A DNA stretch of 64,000 nucleotides from Bdellovibrionales bacterium (GTDB lineage Bacteria; Bdellovibrionota; Bdellovibrionia; Bdellovibrionales; UBA1609). The position numbers were made by a program, and so were the translations under genes. Under the pieces are notes generated by a model. That model made no database searches, was not told where the DNA came from, and saw nothing but the letters and a program-made list of their open reading frames with translations. Shown here piece by piece: positions 10,219-20,636 of the stretch. Where the stretch lies: positions 448,001 to 512,000 of the forward strand of contig OZ241329.1 in NCBI GenBank assembly GCA_965199825.1. The letters are read 5' to 3'. Numbering within the stretch: the first letter of the stretch is position 1; the number at the start of each line of letters is the position of its first letter.

Positions 10219-11072
10219 TAAAAAAAGTTGCGATTGTTTACCGGCGCGAAACTCCAAAGGCCCAAAAGTTGGCAGTCGAAGTTGCTGATTGGTTAAAAGG
10301 TCGAAAGCTCTCGGTGTTTTCGCATCCCAATCAAAAGCTCACCGATAGCCAGGGTCATGTTCTTAAAAAAGCCAAACCTTCTTCCACCGATTTGGTGATC
10401 GTGCTTGGGGGCGATGGAACATATCTAGAGGCGGTCAGAAGTTTTGGCGCTTTTCAAACTCCCATCCTCGGGGTCAACCTAGGCTCACTCGGATTTTTGA
10501 CCGAGACGCGGGTTGAGGATCTTTATCCCAATTTGCTCGCGACCCTCGATGGCAAAATGGAAAAACGCCCACGTGCGATGCTGCGGGTGACCCTTAAACG
10601 CAAAGGTAAAATTATTTGTGATGAATGTGCACTGAATGATGTGGTGATTGAGCGTGGATCGCATCCCCATTTGATCGAGATGGCAATTTACTCCAACAAA
10701 CACTTGGTCAGCACCATGAAGGCCGATGGTTTAATTGTCGCCTCACCCACCGGTTCTACCGCGTACAATTTGGCAGCGGGTGGGCCCGTTCTTCATCCCG
10801 AGGTCAAAACCCTTCTTGTCACACCGATATGCCCGCACTCGCTGACCTCTCGGCCTATTTTATTTCCTGACAATGTGAAGCTGTCTTTCCGTATGGTCGA
10901 AGAGCCACAAAAAGCCCATTTGACTGTGGATGGACAAAAATACGAAATGGTCTCAAACGAAGATGAGGTCAATATCGAGCGGGCGTCTTATGATCATTTG
11001 GTTCTGCGTCGCCCCTCGCATAATTTTTTTGATCTGTTGCGCGACAAAATGCGATTTGGCGAAAGGTCTTAA
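10215..11072 (+). CDS. nadK: NAD kinase
   Basis: GGDGT, GVNLGSLGFL, LND and SPTGSTAYNLAAGGP motifs. Confidence 0.95.
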   Translation: MIKKVAIVYRRETPKAQKLAVEVADWLKGRKLSVFSHPNQKLTDSQGHVLKKAKPSSTDLVIVLGGDGTYLEAVRSFGAFQTPILGVNLGSLGFLTETRVEDLYPNLLATLDGKMEKRPRAMLRVTLKRKGKIICDECALNDVVIERGSHPHLIEMAIYSNKHLVSTMKADGLIVASPTGSTAYNLAAGGPVLHPEVKTLLVTPICPHSLTSRPILFPDNVKLSFRMVEEPQKAHLTVDGQKYEMVSNEDEVNIERASYDHLVLRRPSHNFFDLLRDKMRFGERS

Positions 11073-12770
11073 GTGCTCTCAGAATTAAAGGTTTCTAATT
11101 TTGCCATTATCGAAAATATCCATATTCATTTTGAAGATGGTCTTAATATTTTATCTGGTGAAACCGGAGCCGGTAAATCGGTTCTTCTTAAAAGCTTAAG
11201 CCTTTTGATAGGCGAAAAGGCCTCGGTCGAAATTATCAAGAGCGGATGCAATCAAGCGGTGATCGAAGGTCGATTTGAACTTTCAACCCGTCCTGATATT
11301 CGCCAAAATCTTGAAGATATGGGAATCGATGTCGATGACGAACATTTGGTAGTCAGGCGCACCATCAACACCAAAGGCAAAAGCAAAGTGTATCTCAATG
11401 GCTCGATGAGCACTTTGAATTCACTTAAAGATTTAATCTCACCGATGATTACAGTTACCGGACAAGCAGCCCCACTGATTGAGATGACCGGCCAACACGA
11501 CAATCGCCATCTGCAATCAAAAAGTTATCACCTCGATACGCTCGACCGCTTTGCGGGGCTCTGGAAAGACCGCGCCCATTTTAGCTCGCGCTTTCATGAT
11601 TACCTTCAAGTAAAGCAGCAAATTGAAAATTTAAAATTGGATGCGCTCTCGCGGGAGCAGCGTTTAGATTTTTTGCGCTTTCAAAAAGAAGAACTCGAAG
11701 CCCTAAATATTCAGACTGGCGAAGACGAGCAAATGATTCAGCAAATGAAGCGGCTCAAAAATATCAAAAAAATCAAAAACTTTTTTGAAGAGGCCGAGTT
11801 TCAGTTGTCGGAATCCGAAAACTCAATCGTCGATCAATTGCGAACTCTTTCCACTCGAGCCGAAGAGATCATGACCTTTGATGATTCGCTCAAAACAAAA
11901 TTACTCGGATTAAAACAAGCCGAAGCCTTGCTTGAAGATGTCGCCTTCGAACTTCACGCAGGAAAAAAAGATCTCAACGAAGATTCGGACGATGTCGAAT
12001 CTCTCGAAGAACGGTTTAGCCAATTTCGCAAACTGCAAAAAAAATATGGCGAATCCGCAGAGCAGTTTATTGCGGCACTCGAAGCGATCAAGCTCGAAAT
12101 CGAAAGCTTATCCAATAGCGATAGCCGTCTTGAGGAATTACAAAAATCAGAAGCTGCCATATTATTAGAACTCAAAAGCCTGGCCCAAAAACTTCATAAG
12201 ACGCGCCTCTCGGCAGCAAAAGAATTCCAAAATTTGATCAACGAAGAATTAAGAGAGCTCAACATGAAAGGTGTGGGACTTGAGGTGGTGATCAATCAAA
12301 AACCCGATTACTCGCCCACCGGAATCAGCGAAGTCGAATTTATGATTCGCGCCTCAAAAAAAGAAGAACCCCGAAGTCTTGCCCGCTTTGCCAGTGGCGG
12401 CGAATTGAGCCGAATTCTTTTATCGATCAAACAAGTGGGCGGTGATCACGATGTGCCCCGCACCTATTTGTTTGATGAGGTCGACGCTGGTGTGAGCGGG
12501 GTCACCGCAGAAAAGGTGGGCAAAAAATTGCGCAGCATCGCCAGTGGCCAACAGGTGATTTGTGTGACCCATTTGGCCCAAGTGGCCGCCTTTGCCGATG
12601 TTCATTATTTGATTGAAAAAACAAACTCAACCAAGGGGGTTGAGATGTCGGTGCGCCCATTAAGCAAAAAAGATCGAGTCGACGAGATTGCCAGATTGAT
12701 CTCGGGCGAAAACATCACCAAGAGTTCGATCACTCATGCTAAACAATTGCTGAAGCACCAGTCGGCTTAG
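11073..12770 (+). CDS. recN: DNA repair protein RecN
   Basis: GETGAGKS Walker A, coiled coil, ASGGELSR, FDEVDAG; follows nadK. Confidence 0.96.
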   Translation: MLSELKVSNFAIIENIHIHFEDGLNILSGETGAGKSVLLKSLSLLIGEKASVEIIKSGCNQAVIEGRFELSTRPDIRQNLEDMGIDVDDEHLVVRRTINTKGKSKVYLNGSMSTLNSLKDLISPMITVTGQAAPLIEMTGQHDNRHLQSKSYHLDTLDRFAGLWKDRAHFSSRFHDYLQVKQQIENLKLDALSREQRLDFLRFQKEELEALNIQTGEDEQMIQQMKRLKNIKKIKNFFEEAEFQLSESENSIVDQLRTLSTRAEEIMTFDDSLKTKLLGLKQAEALLEDVAFELHAGKKDLNEDSDDVESLEERFSQFRKLQKKYGESAEQFIAALEAIKLEIESLSNSDSRLEELQKSEAAILLELKSLAQKLHKTRLSAAKEFQNLINEELRELNMKGVGLEVVINQKPDYSPTGISEVEFMIRASKKEEPRSLARFASGGELSRILLSIKQVGGDHDVPRTYLFDEVDAGVSGVTAEKVGKKLRSIASGQQVICVTHLAQVAAFADVHYLIEKTNSTKGVEMSVRPLSKKDRVDEIARLISGENITKSSITHAKQLLKHQSA

Positions 12771-13465
12771 GGCTCGAAGGCGAGGAGCTGGATCACGCCC
12801 TCTCGAGTTTTGTGAAACACAAAACGACGGGCACTGGAAATTTTATTTTTAGCAATTTCTTTTTCTGGACGCAAAAAAGTAATCTGCGAATCTTTTGGCA
12901 TATTGGCGAGATCAATCAAATTCTGTTTGTCATCCATCAAGTTTTTAATTTGGAGTTCAAGAACAGACATCGCGAGTCCACGATAAACAGGTAAGCCATA
13001 TGAGATTTCAATATCGAATTTAGATTTCTTCCAATTCGTTTGGGTTTGTTGACTGAGTCCGGCGAGCAAAATCAAAAATTGATCATCATTTAAGGTTTTA
13101 AAATTTTCAAGAAAGTAGGAAACCGATCCTGCGACGTTTTTAGTCCGGGTCACTTCAATGGACAAAATCAAATCTGTTGATTTCCGTTGCAACAGTGCTG
13201 TGACAGGAAAAGAATAGGTCTGGCCATTTTTTAAATTAAATTGCTGAAAAATTCTCTGATGAATCATTCTCTTGATCCAAGTGAAAACCAGATTTTTATA
13301 TCTTTTATAGTTTTGAAAAGGATCTTCTGCTGACAGTGTGATAGCTGCGGGACGACCATCTTCGATCACCTGTTCCCAAACGAGTTGCGGCTCGCTCAAG
13401 CTTTTTTCACAATCCGCAGCATGGGCGGTTCCGATCAATAAAAAACAAATCACAAAAAATTTCAT
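12767..13465 (-). CDS. Secreted hypothetical protein, family B copy 6
   Basis: Start moved to MKFFVICF; signal peptide AHA-ADCEK; shared C-terminal RRFVFHK...GVIQLLA. Confidence 0.75.
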   Translation of the reverse strand: MKFFVICFLLIGTAHAADCEKSLSEPQLVWEQVIEDGRPAAITLSAEDPFQNYKRYKNLVFTWIKRMIHQRIFQQFNLKNGQTYSFPVTALLQRKSTDLILSIEVTRTKNVAGSVSYFLENFKTLNDDQFLILLAGLSQQTQTNWKKSKFDIEISYGLPVYRGLAMSVLELQIKNLMDDKQNLIDLANMPKDSQITFLRPEKEIAKNKISSARRFVFHKTREGVIQLLAFEP

Positions 13466-13469
13466 TTTA

Positions 13470-14177
13470 TTAAAATCCATAGGACAGCAAAACGATTTTT
13501 CCTGAACCATCTTTATAAAAGACAAATCGGCGTGGCTCGTAGGCCTTCTTTTTATCGATTTGAATTATTCCACTTTGTTTGATCAATTCGGTTTCAGGCT
13601 TCATTGCTTTTAACTCATCACTAATATCAGAATTTTGAAAAAGATATCGCAGTTGGGCCTCAGTGCTTGAAGTGGGGACATTGAGGTAAGCGGAAAGACC
13701 TGCTGGCATTTCAAATCCCTGTTTGGTTATTATCCAATTTTGTTGAACTCGTGAACCCAACTTGCTGAGGAGCTCTAAAAATTGATCAGCATCAAGCATT
13801 TTGAGATTTGAAATGGTGTACAAAAATTTGCCATCAGACTGCTTCACCCGCATCATATTCATCGAATAAAATTGGTTGGCCCTCTCGCGACTGTACATCC
13901 CCTGAATCGGCATGGTGTAAGATTCGCCATTTTTTAATTCGTATTGCGCAAACAATCGGCTACGTACAAATTTCTGAATCCAAGATCCAATCAACGTGGA
14001 CTTTCCCGATTCGAGCACAGTTTCATTTCGATCAGGCCAAGTGACCAAAGCGACGTCACCGGAATCAAGAATCTGCTTCCAAATAGAAATTGTATTTCCT
14101 GTGTTTAACGAATCACAGTTGGTGGCGTGTACCAAATTAGAAAATAAAAACAGACAAATAAACGTGATTTTAATCAT
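13470..14177 (-). CDS. Secreted hypothetical protein, family B copy 5
   Basis: Signal peptide VHA-TNCDSL; RRFVFYKDGSGKIVLL. Confidence 0.78.
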   Translation of the reverse strand: MIKITFICLFLFSNLVHATNCDSLNTGNTISIWKQILDSGDVALVTWPDRNETVLESGKSTLIGSWIQKFVRSRLFAQYELKNGESYTMPIQGMYSRERANQFYSMNMMRVKQSDGKFLYTISNLKMLDADQFLELLSKLGSRVQQNWIITKQGFEMPAGLSAYLNVPTSSTEAQLRYLFQNSDISDELKAMKPETELIKQSGIIQIDKKKAYEPRRFVFYKDGSGKIVLLSYGF

Positions 14178-14256
14178 AGACTCAAAGTCGCTAGCACGGT
14201 TTTTTTAAAGGGTAAAGAGAGTGGCGTTCACACTGAATATTTTATGAGTGTCGCTT

Positions 14257-14982
14257 TTAAATTTCGTAAGCTATTAAATTGATGACGTTATTTTTGTCTT
14301 TGGCAAAGATAAAACGTCTTGCGTGATGGGTCACGCGGCCTGTCTCCGAATATTCTGGACGCTCTAAAGTTATCTCTGAATCGGGAGCTAGTTTATTTAG
14401 TTCATCTAGAATTTTTGGATTTTTAAATAGAATATTGAGTTGAAATTCCAAAGAGGAGAGCGTGATTCCACGATAAACAGATAGCGCGCGTGGTGTCTGA
14501 ATTCCAAATGTCAGATTCACACGATCTTCTTGAGAAGGTTTTATCAACTCTCTTAAATTTTTAAGAATGTCCTCTGAATCAATAATTTTAAAGTGAGACA
14601 AAACAAAAAACACTGGCCCGTTGGTTTCCATAGTTCTTTTTAAATTGATTGAAAATTGAGATTTGCTTCCGTATCCGCCTTGGATCGGGAAAGTGTAAAT
14701 CTGATTATCAGTCAAATTGAGCTGCTGAAAAAGTCTATGACGGATAAGGGACTCTACCCATGTGCTGATGAGCTTTCGTTGACCAACATTAAGTTGATTT
14801 CTTTCTGAGAGAGACCAACTGATGACATAGAGACGACCCGATTCAGTGAGCTGCTTCCAGATTTCTTGTTCAGTATGAAAGGTGGAGCGCTTGTAATTTT
14901 TGTTACCGCTAAGAGAATCGCAGCCAGCTGCCTTGGCATGAGATGCAAATAACATTGAGATCAGTAAGAGCAGCGTTCTCAA
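14257..14982 (-). CDS. Secreted hypothetical protein, family B copy 4
   Basis: Signal peptide AKA-AGCDSL; RRFIFAKDKNNVINLIA. Confidence 0.78.
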   Translation of the reverse strand: MRTLLLLISMLFASHAKAAGCDSLSGNKNYKRSTFHTEQEIWKQLTESGRLYVISWSLSERNQLNVGQRKLISTWVESLIRHRLFQQLNLTDNQIYTFPIQGGYGSKSQFSINLKRTMETNGPVFFVLSHFKIIDSEDILKNLRELIKPSQEDRVNLTFGIQTPRALSVYRGITLSSLEFQLNILFKNPKILDELNKLAPDSEITLERPEYSETGRVTHHARRFIFAKDKNNVINLIAYEI

Positions 14983-15299
14983 TTACAGCTCATAATTCAA
15001 AAGTTGAATATTTCCGCCGGCATCTTTTTCGAATAAAAAGCGTCGAGCATGATAGACCGTCTCTTTCTTTTTATATTCTGGCCGAGTCAAACCAAAGTGT
15101 GAAAAACGAGGAGCGCAAGAATCTTAAGCATAAATCGGCACATCTCACTTGTGATGAAAACATATTCATCTTAAAAAAATTTACAGCCAAACTTGATTTT
15201 AATAAACCAAAACAGTTTGTAGTGAGAGATAGCAAAATCGATTCCGCTTCATTCGGTTGGGTCGATGAGAAAGTGGCAGCCTTGGTAGCTGCTTAAAAA

Positions 15300-16022
15300 T
15301 CAATCTTTATAAATGGTATAAGCGAGTAAGAATACGACTCCAGATTTATTTTTATAAAACACAAATCGACGAGGCTCATTAACAACAGCTTCGTCCCGCG
15401 TACGAGCTGCGCTCTGGAGAACAAGTTCGGCATCGATCGCTAGATTTTCGATTTGAGCCCGAGCTTCGGGATCTTTTAACAAATGACCAATTTGATTTTT
15501 TGTACTCGCTGACGCCACACTTAAATAATCAGAGAGGACGCCATGGTATCGAATGTCAGATTTTGCAATCATCCAGTTATTTTGGATGCCCCGGCTTAAG
15601 CTGCTGATCTTTTCTAAATAATCTTTTGCAGAGGACGGCTGTAATTTTGAAAGTGTGTAGACATAAACACCTTTCAAGCGTTCACGTTCAACAGTGATTG
15701 AAGCATAGTGTGTGGGAGTGTCCCGCCGAATCATTGTATGAAAAGGAAAATTATAAGCTTTGCGATCTAAAAGTTCGAACTGATCAAAAATGCGATTGCG
15801 GACGAACTTTTCAATCCACTTTGCGACGCTGGAGTTAACACCCGGATCTAGGCCGACACGCTCTTCAAGAGGCCAGATAATGACCGATCGATCTCCATGG
15901 GTACTGAACTGTTTAAAAACTCTGTTTGGATCTAAAAGATCCGTATACAAGCTTTTACAATCAGAGGCTGACGCCAAACCTGTGGAGATCAGAAAAATAA
16001 AAGGCATCAATTTAGAAATCAT
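15300..16022 (-). CDS. Secreted hypothetical protein, family B copy 3
   Basis: Signal peptide ASA-SDCKSL; RRFVFYKNKSGVVFLLA. Confidence 0.78.
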   Translation of the reverse strand: MISKLMPFIFLISTGLASASDCKSLYTDLLDPNRVFKQFSTHGDRSVIIWPLEERVGLDPGVNSSVAKWIEKFVRNRIFDQFELLDRKAYNFPFHTMIRRDTPTHYASITVERERLKGVYVYTLSKLQPSSAKDYLEKISSLSRGIQNNWMIAKSDIRYHGVLSDYLSVASASTKNQIGHLLKDPEARAQIENLAIDAELVLQSAARTRDEAVVNEPRRFVFYKNKSGVVFLLAYTIYKD

Positions 16023-16028
16023 TTTGGA

Positions 16029-16733
16029 TTAACCCTCAATGGCAAGAAGATACACAAAGCCGCTTTGATCTTTAAAAAATTTGAGTCGACGAGCACTCGC
16101 GGTTCTTTGGCCGCTCATTAAAAATTCTGGCCGCTCGAGCGTCAAAGCAGTGTCGCTCGGCATATTATTAATTTGATCCAATGCATCTGTGTTTTTAAAT
16201 AATTCAATAATTAAGGACCGTATCGACGCCTCCGTAATATTTAAAAAATCCACAAGACCTGCTGGCATTTGGATATCTTGACCGACGGTTATCAATTGCC
16301 TTTGGGAGTGTAAGCTGAGTGCGGCTAAATTTTCAAAATTCTCGTCTGCACTTACGTTTTTTAAATTGGAAAGCTCAATCACGGTGACGCCTTGAGATTT
16401 TTTTATTCGTTTGAGTTGGATCGATAATATTATTTTTTTGTCACGGTTTCTTATCGTATTTTGGATTGGAAATGTGTAGGCCTCACCATCTTTTAAACCA
16501 AATTGATCAAATATTTTTTTAACAATTATTGTTTGGATAAAGGGCGCAATAACAGAAATAGCCCCGACTCTTGCTTTTTTCTCGGTTTTATATTGAGGCC
16601 AAACAAGGGTGTATCTCTCTCCTCTGACGACCAGTTGATTCCAAATAGAATCACTGTTGAGTTCGTTGCAGTGATTTGCAAAAGCAAAATTCCCAAGACA
16701 GCACACAAATATAAACAAAATCTTTAATCGCAT
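16029..16733 (-). CDS. Secreted hypothetical protein, family B copy 2
   Basis: Signal peptide AFA-NHCNEL; RRLKFFKDQSGFVYLLA. Confidence 0.78.
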   Translation of the reverse strand: MRLKILFIFVCCLGNFAFANHCNELNSDSIWNQLVVRGERYTLVWPQYKTEKKARVGAISVIAPFIQTIIVKKIFDQFGLKDGEAYTFPIQNTIRNRDKKIILSIQLKRIKKSQGVTVIELSNLKNVSADENFENLAALSLHSQRQLITVGQDIQMPAGLVDFLNITEASIRSLIIELFKNTDALDQINNMPSDTALTLERPEFLMSGQRTASARRLKFFKDQSGFVYLLAIEG

Positions 16734-16844
16734 TCGCCCATTCCTTAATAAACGAATTCCGTAGCATCCAAGAAAGAAGGTGTAAAGAGTCCGTTAGTTT
16801 TAGGAAATTTCGATAAAATGGTGGCTGAACTTAGAGTTCAAATT

Positions 16845-17564
16845 CTATTTATAAATTGTGCAAGCGAGCAAGAATACAGCACCTGATGAATTCTTATGAA
16901 ATAAAAATCGACGAGCCTGATTCACCAAAACTTGGCCCACCGAATGGGATTCGCTCTGTAAAATAAGATCCGATTGATGAGGCATTTTTTTAATTTGGAA
17001 CAGAGCTTCGGGATTTTTAAATAAATGATTCATTTGCTTTTTTAAACCTATTGGTGATCCGCCGATTTGATCCAGGAGAACAGGATGAACCTGAACTCCT
17101 CGATCCAGCATCACCCAATTTTTTTGAAGCCCGCGGCTCAAATCGCCAAACTGTTTTAAGAACTCATCAGAAGCCGAAAAAGTTAAATCTGACAGAGTAA
17201 AGACCATCAAACCGTTAGACCGGGTCTGACGTTGAAGCCGGATCGAGGCATACCGATCGTTAGGTCCTTGCGCCCGTAATTTTTGAATTGGGAAAACATA
17301 AGGCATATTTTCTTCAAGTTCGAATTTTTCAAAGCTACGATGACGCACAAACTTTTCGATCCATCTTGCAATCATCACCGATACATTGACACCGAGACCC
17401 ACTCGTTGTTCCTGCGGCCAGATAACAATTGATTTTTCACCATGCTCAATAAGTTGCTTAAAGACCGGGATTGGACTTTCAAGCTCTGTATTTAAGGCTT
17501 TGCATTCGGCGGCCACCGCCAAGTTTGGAAACACCAAAAGAGAAACTAAAAATTGAATAATCAC
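16845..17564 (-). CDS. Secreted hypothetical protein, family B copy 1
   Basis: Probable GTG start at 17564 after an AGAGGGG RBS; AVA-AECKAL; RRFLFHKNSSGAVFLLA. Confidence 0.75.
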   Translation of the reverse strand: MIIQFLVSLLVFPNLAVAAECKALNTELESPIPVFKQLIEHGEKSIVIWPQEQRVGLGVNVSVMIARWIEKFVRHRSFEKFELEENMPYVFPIQKLRAQGPNDRYASIRLQRQTRSNGLMVFTLSDLTFSASDEFLKQFGDLSRGLQKNWVMLDRGVQVHPVLLDQIGGSPIGLKKQMNHLFKNPEALFQIKKMPHQSDLILQSESHSVGQVLVNQARRFLFHKNSSGAVFLLACTIYK

Positions 17565-17599
17565 TTTTGATTCCCCTCTTGCTTTAGAAATGCGCAGGA

Positions 17600-18322
17600 T
17601 CACTCAACGATTTCAATAAATTTCTGACTCGATTCCTCAACAAAAAAAGCAACTGGATTTTTTAGCCAGGTACCAAGATTGATCACGCGAGCACCACCAA
17701 TCCTGAAATCGGCTTGTTCATGAACGTGTCCTGAAATCATCAGATCAAAGGGCTTTTTATCATAGGACATTTGAGCATGCTGCTTTAAGGCGCGAAGGTT
17801 GTGCTCGCTGGGCACACTCTTAATGGTCGATGTATAAGTCCGGCTCTGTTGGCTCAAGGTCTGCCCAAGCCAAGCGACAAGCGCGCCAGGGAGATGATGT
17901 GCCATCCACACCACGACCTTTGTTCGCAAGAGCCAGCGTAAGAAATGATAGCCTCGATCAGATGGATCCATCTGATCGCCGTGTTCCACCCGAATTTTAA
18001 GACCGAGATCAAAGTATTCGGCTTGAGTATGAACATGAATTCCAATTTTCGAAAAATAACGATCCAGATACAAATCGTGATTGCCTTCGAAATAATGGAT
18101 CTGAACATTTTCAGATTGAAGACGCTGAAGCTCATCGAGGATCAATTTGAATCGATCAACAAAGTAGGTATGATCTGAAATCCACAGATCAAAAATATCG
18201 CCCACCAAAAAAAGATGGGTACAATTAAAAACCGAAATGCTTTTTAAAAACTTTAAAAACAAAAGGCCTCGTTGATCTGAGGCCTCGACAATATGAATGT
18301 CTGAGATAAAATAGGCTTTCAC
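17600..18322 (-). CDS. lpxH: UDP-2,3-diacylglucosamine hydrolase (LpxH-like metallophosphoesterase)
   Basis: FISDIH, GDIFDLW, GNHD, HGD and GHVH motifs. Confidence 0.85.
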   Translation of the reverse strand: MKAYFISDIHIVEASDQRGLLFLKFLKSISVFNCTHLFLVGDIFDLWISDHTYFVDRFKLILDELQRLQSENVQIHYFEGNHDLYLDRYFSKIGIHVHTQAEYFDLGLKIRVEHGDQMDPSDRGYHFLRWLLRTKVVVWMAHHLPGALVAWLGQTLSQQSRTYTSTIKSVPSEHNLRALKQHAQMSYDKKPFDLMISGHVHEQADFRIGGARVINLGTWLKNPVAFFVEESSQKFIEIVE

Positions 18323-18366
18323 GATTTTCGACTATAACCCAAATGCTGCGAGAGCCAATAACAGTT

Positions 18367-20502
18367 TTAGTTCGGCACACATCCTAACACAGCTTCCATT
18401 TCTCCACCCGCCTTTAAGCCCTCATTCAGATCGGTCGAGATGAGGTGATCCCCATTCGATGGAATAAAAAATCGATACAGGGCTGAAGTCTGATTTTTTT
18501 GTCTTTGATAAATCGCACCATAGCTCGATTCGAAGTGTTGTCCTTCACAGTCTGGACTGATCGAAGCAAAGTGAAGTCCACTCGACTCCACAACACATCG
18601 GTTGAGATTCATTGTTAAGGCCTGATTATTTTGACTTACAACTTTGAGGACAGGTGCACCCTTATTTTCAAGGAACCAAGTGGGAAGACTCACTTCGTTG
18701 TTGATCACCGAATACAGATGGAGTCCGTTGGTCGTATTAAAAAATCGATAGATACCTTGAGTGTCGTAGCCGGGGTTTGAAGCAAATTGATTTACAACAC
18801 CGGGTTGGATGAGCGCATGAATTTGTGTTTCAGAACTTAAGGATGCGCTGTCACTCGAAACTGATAGAAAATGAACAATACAATCGCCCGCGTTGACGTT
18901 GATAAATGTGGATTGATAAATTGGACTTTGCAAAACACCTTGGGTTCCTGCTGGATCACGAAATTGCACATTTGCCACTTTGGTCATTTCACTTGCTTGA
19001 GCTGAAAAATCACCAGATGTCCATGGTGTTGGATGAGAACATTTACGATCAATATAAAAATCATGTGTGGTTCCCCAAGCTTGATTTGAAGTTCCTTGAC
19101 CAGGGATGGTTTGATTACTGATTGATCCATAAAGCGCAAGCAAGGTTCCCGAAGTTTCGATTGGAATGGATCGAGCAAAAAGAAAATTGCCAGACTTTTG
19201 TGGCGTTGAAATAAAACCGCATGTGTTGGGTTGCATACCTGTGCAAAATTCATCGCCTGGCGCGACCAAAACAGCTGTGGCTGGTCCATTATTAATCAAA
19301 TCAAGAACCAGGTGACTTTCCATTCGCAGATGTGAGTCGCCCACAAATCCACCATCCATAATGATAAATGCGCAACCGCCCACAGGAAGAGCCGCAGGAA
19401 AAGAGAAATTGATGCTTTGATTTTTTTGATCGTTGTAGAGACCCTTTACAATAAATGTAGCTAAAGTAATTTTGTTGAATTGATCTTCATTAATTCCTAA
19501 TGCATCTTCAATTGCTTGATAATTTCCTCCACCAAAAGACTGGCCGTTAAGAGCACAGGCGGCAGGAGAACTTCCGATTGTTGCAAGTAAATTAAATTCT
19601 GAGGTGCCTTGTTCTCCGTTTACAACTCCAGCATGAAGGCTACCATGGATACCGACCGTCCCTGTGGTACCGGCTGGGAGTGGAAACGAGTAAATATATT
19701 TTTTAAATTGGCCCGCATCGCGATTCACTTGAGCCGAAAGACTGACGCTTGCGGTGGACGGTAAATCTGGAAGAACGCCACCAGCAGCATGAGTCGCCAA
19801 AACTGTTTCGCCCGAATAAAATGTTGAGGATAAAGTTTGCCCCACCATTGCGATCGCTCCCCCACAATACTGATAAAAATCTTGGGCACGAGTGGCACAA
19901 GCATTTTGATCTCCTGAGGCATTATTTAGAATATCAACCACTGTTGTGTTGGCCAATTCGGAATGTGCAGGGCAAGGACCAATCGTAATTTGACAAGAAG
20001 TTGAAGTTCCAAGTGCAACTGTACCTTGATCCGATGAAACAACTAAGTGTGGAGCTGAAGCCTGCAGATTGTATGAAACATTCGTATGCCCACCAGTTGC
20101 AGTCTGAAAATATAATTTTCCATTTTGGGTGAGTGTGATGTTTCCATCTTCACCAAGTGAGGCCACACATCCAGAAGAGCAATCCCGACCCGAAGTATGC
20201 GAAGTCCAAAGAACCGCTGAATCTTTTGTCATCACCAAATTTCCGTCAGTCTGAAGCTTGAGTTGAATTGATCCTTGTTGCAGCCACTGGTTGGCCACAA
20301 TACTTTGTGCCCGTAATTGTGAAACTTGAGGGGCTACCGATGAAGACGGCGAGGCTGAAGGAGATGGTGAGGGTGCGGGGTTTGCGACTGAGCTCGAAGA
20401 GAGCTGGGTCGAAGAGACTAACGAAGAAATTGATTTGAACCCACCGCCTGTGCACGCCACCATCGCGGTTTGTATCAAAATAAGAATTAAATATTTTTTC
20501 AT
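18367..20502 (-). CDS. Lipoprotein with bulb-type lectin-like domain and C-terminal LYRFF...GDHL repeats
   Basis: Lipobox MVAC; LKLQTDGNLV...LWTSHT; three C-terminal repeats resembling DUF5648. Confidence 0.75.
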   Translation of the reverse strand: MKKYLILILIQTAMVACTGGGFKSISSLVSSTQLSSSSVANPAPSPSPSASPSSSVAPQVSQLRAQSIVANQWLQQGSIQLKLQTDGNLVMTKDSAVLWTSHTSGRDCSSGCVASLGEDGNITLTQNGKLYFQTATGGHTNVSYNLQASAPHLVVSSDQGTVALGTSTSCQITIGPCPAHSELANTTVVDILNNASGDQNACATRAQDFYQYCGGAIAMVGQTLSSTFYSGETVLATHAAGGVLPDLPSTASVSLSAQVNRDAGQFKKYIYSFPLPAGTTGTVGIHGSLHAGVVNGEQGTSEFNLLATIGSSPAACALNGQSFGGGNYQAIEDALGINEDQFNKITLATFIVKGLYNDQKNQSINFSFPAALPVGGCAFIIMDGGFVGDSHLRMESHLVLDLINNGPATAVLVAPGDEFCTGMQPNTCGFISTPQKSGNFLFARSIPIETSGTLLALYGSISNQTIPGQGTSNQAWGTTHDFYIDRKCSHPTPWTSGDFSAQASEMTKVANVQFRDPAGTQGVLQSPIYQSTFINVNAGDCIVHFLSVSSDSASLSSETQIHALIQPGVVNQFASNPGYDTQGIYRFFNTTNGLHLYSVINNEVSLPTWFLENKGAPVLKVVSQNNQALTMNLNRCVVESSGLHFASISPDCEGQHFESSYGAIYQRQKNQTSALYRFFIPSNGDHLISTDLNEGLKAGGEMEAVLGCVPN

Positions 20503-20532
20503 CAGATCCCCCGGCTTTCACAATTAGAAATT

Positions 20533-20546
20533 GCAACGGGTGGACC
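20533..20546 (-). promoter_or_regulatory. Putative sigma54 promoter
   Basis: GG-TCCACCCGTT-GCA, identical in the paralog's upstream region. Confidence 0.65.
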
Positions 20547-20636
20547 TGTTCACTTGTAATTTAAATCAACTCGCCAATTTAAGTTCGACACCTGTTAGGA
20601 TACTCGACAGTGAGTCTCGTTTTAAGAATCCTATTT

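Noticed and set aside
14943..15296. 117-aa plus-strand ORF between family B genes
   Set aside because: Antisense to the cluster, overlaps a start codon and has no motif; probably spurious
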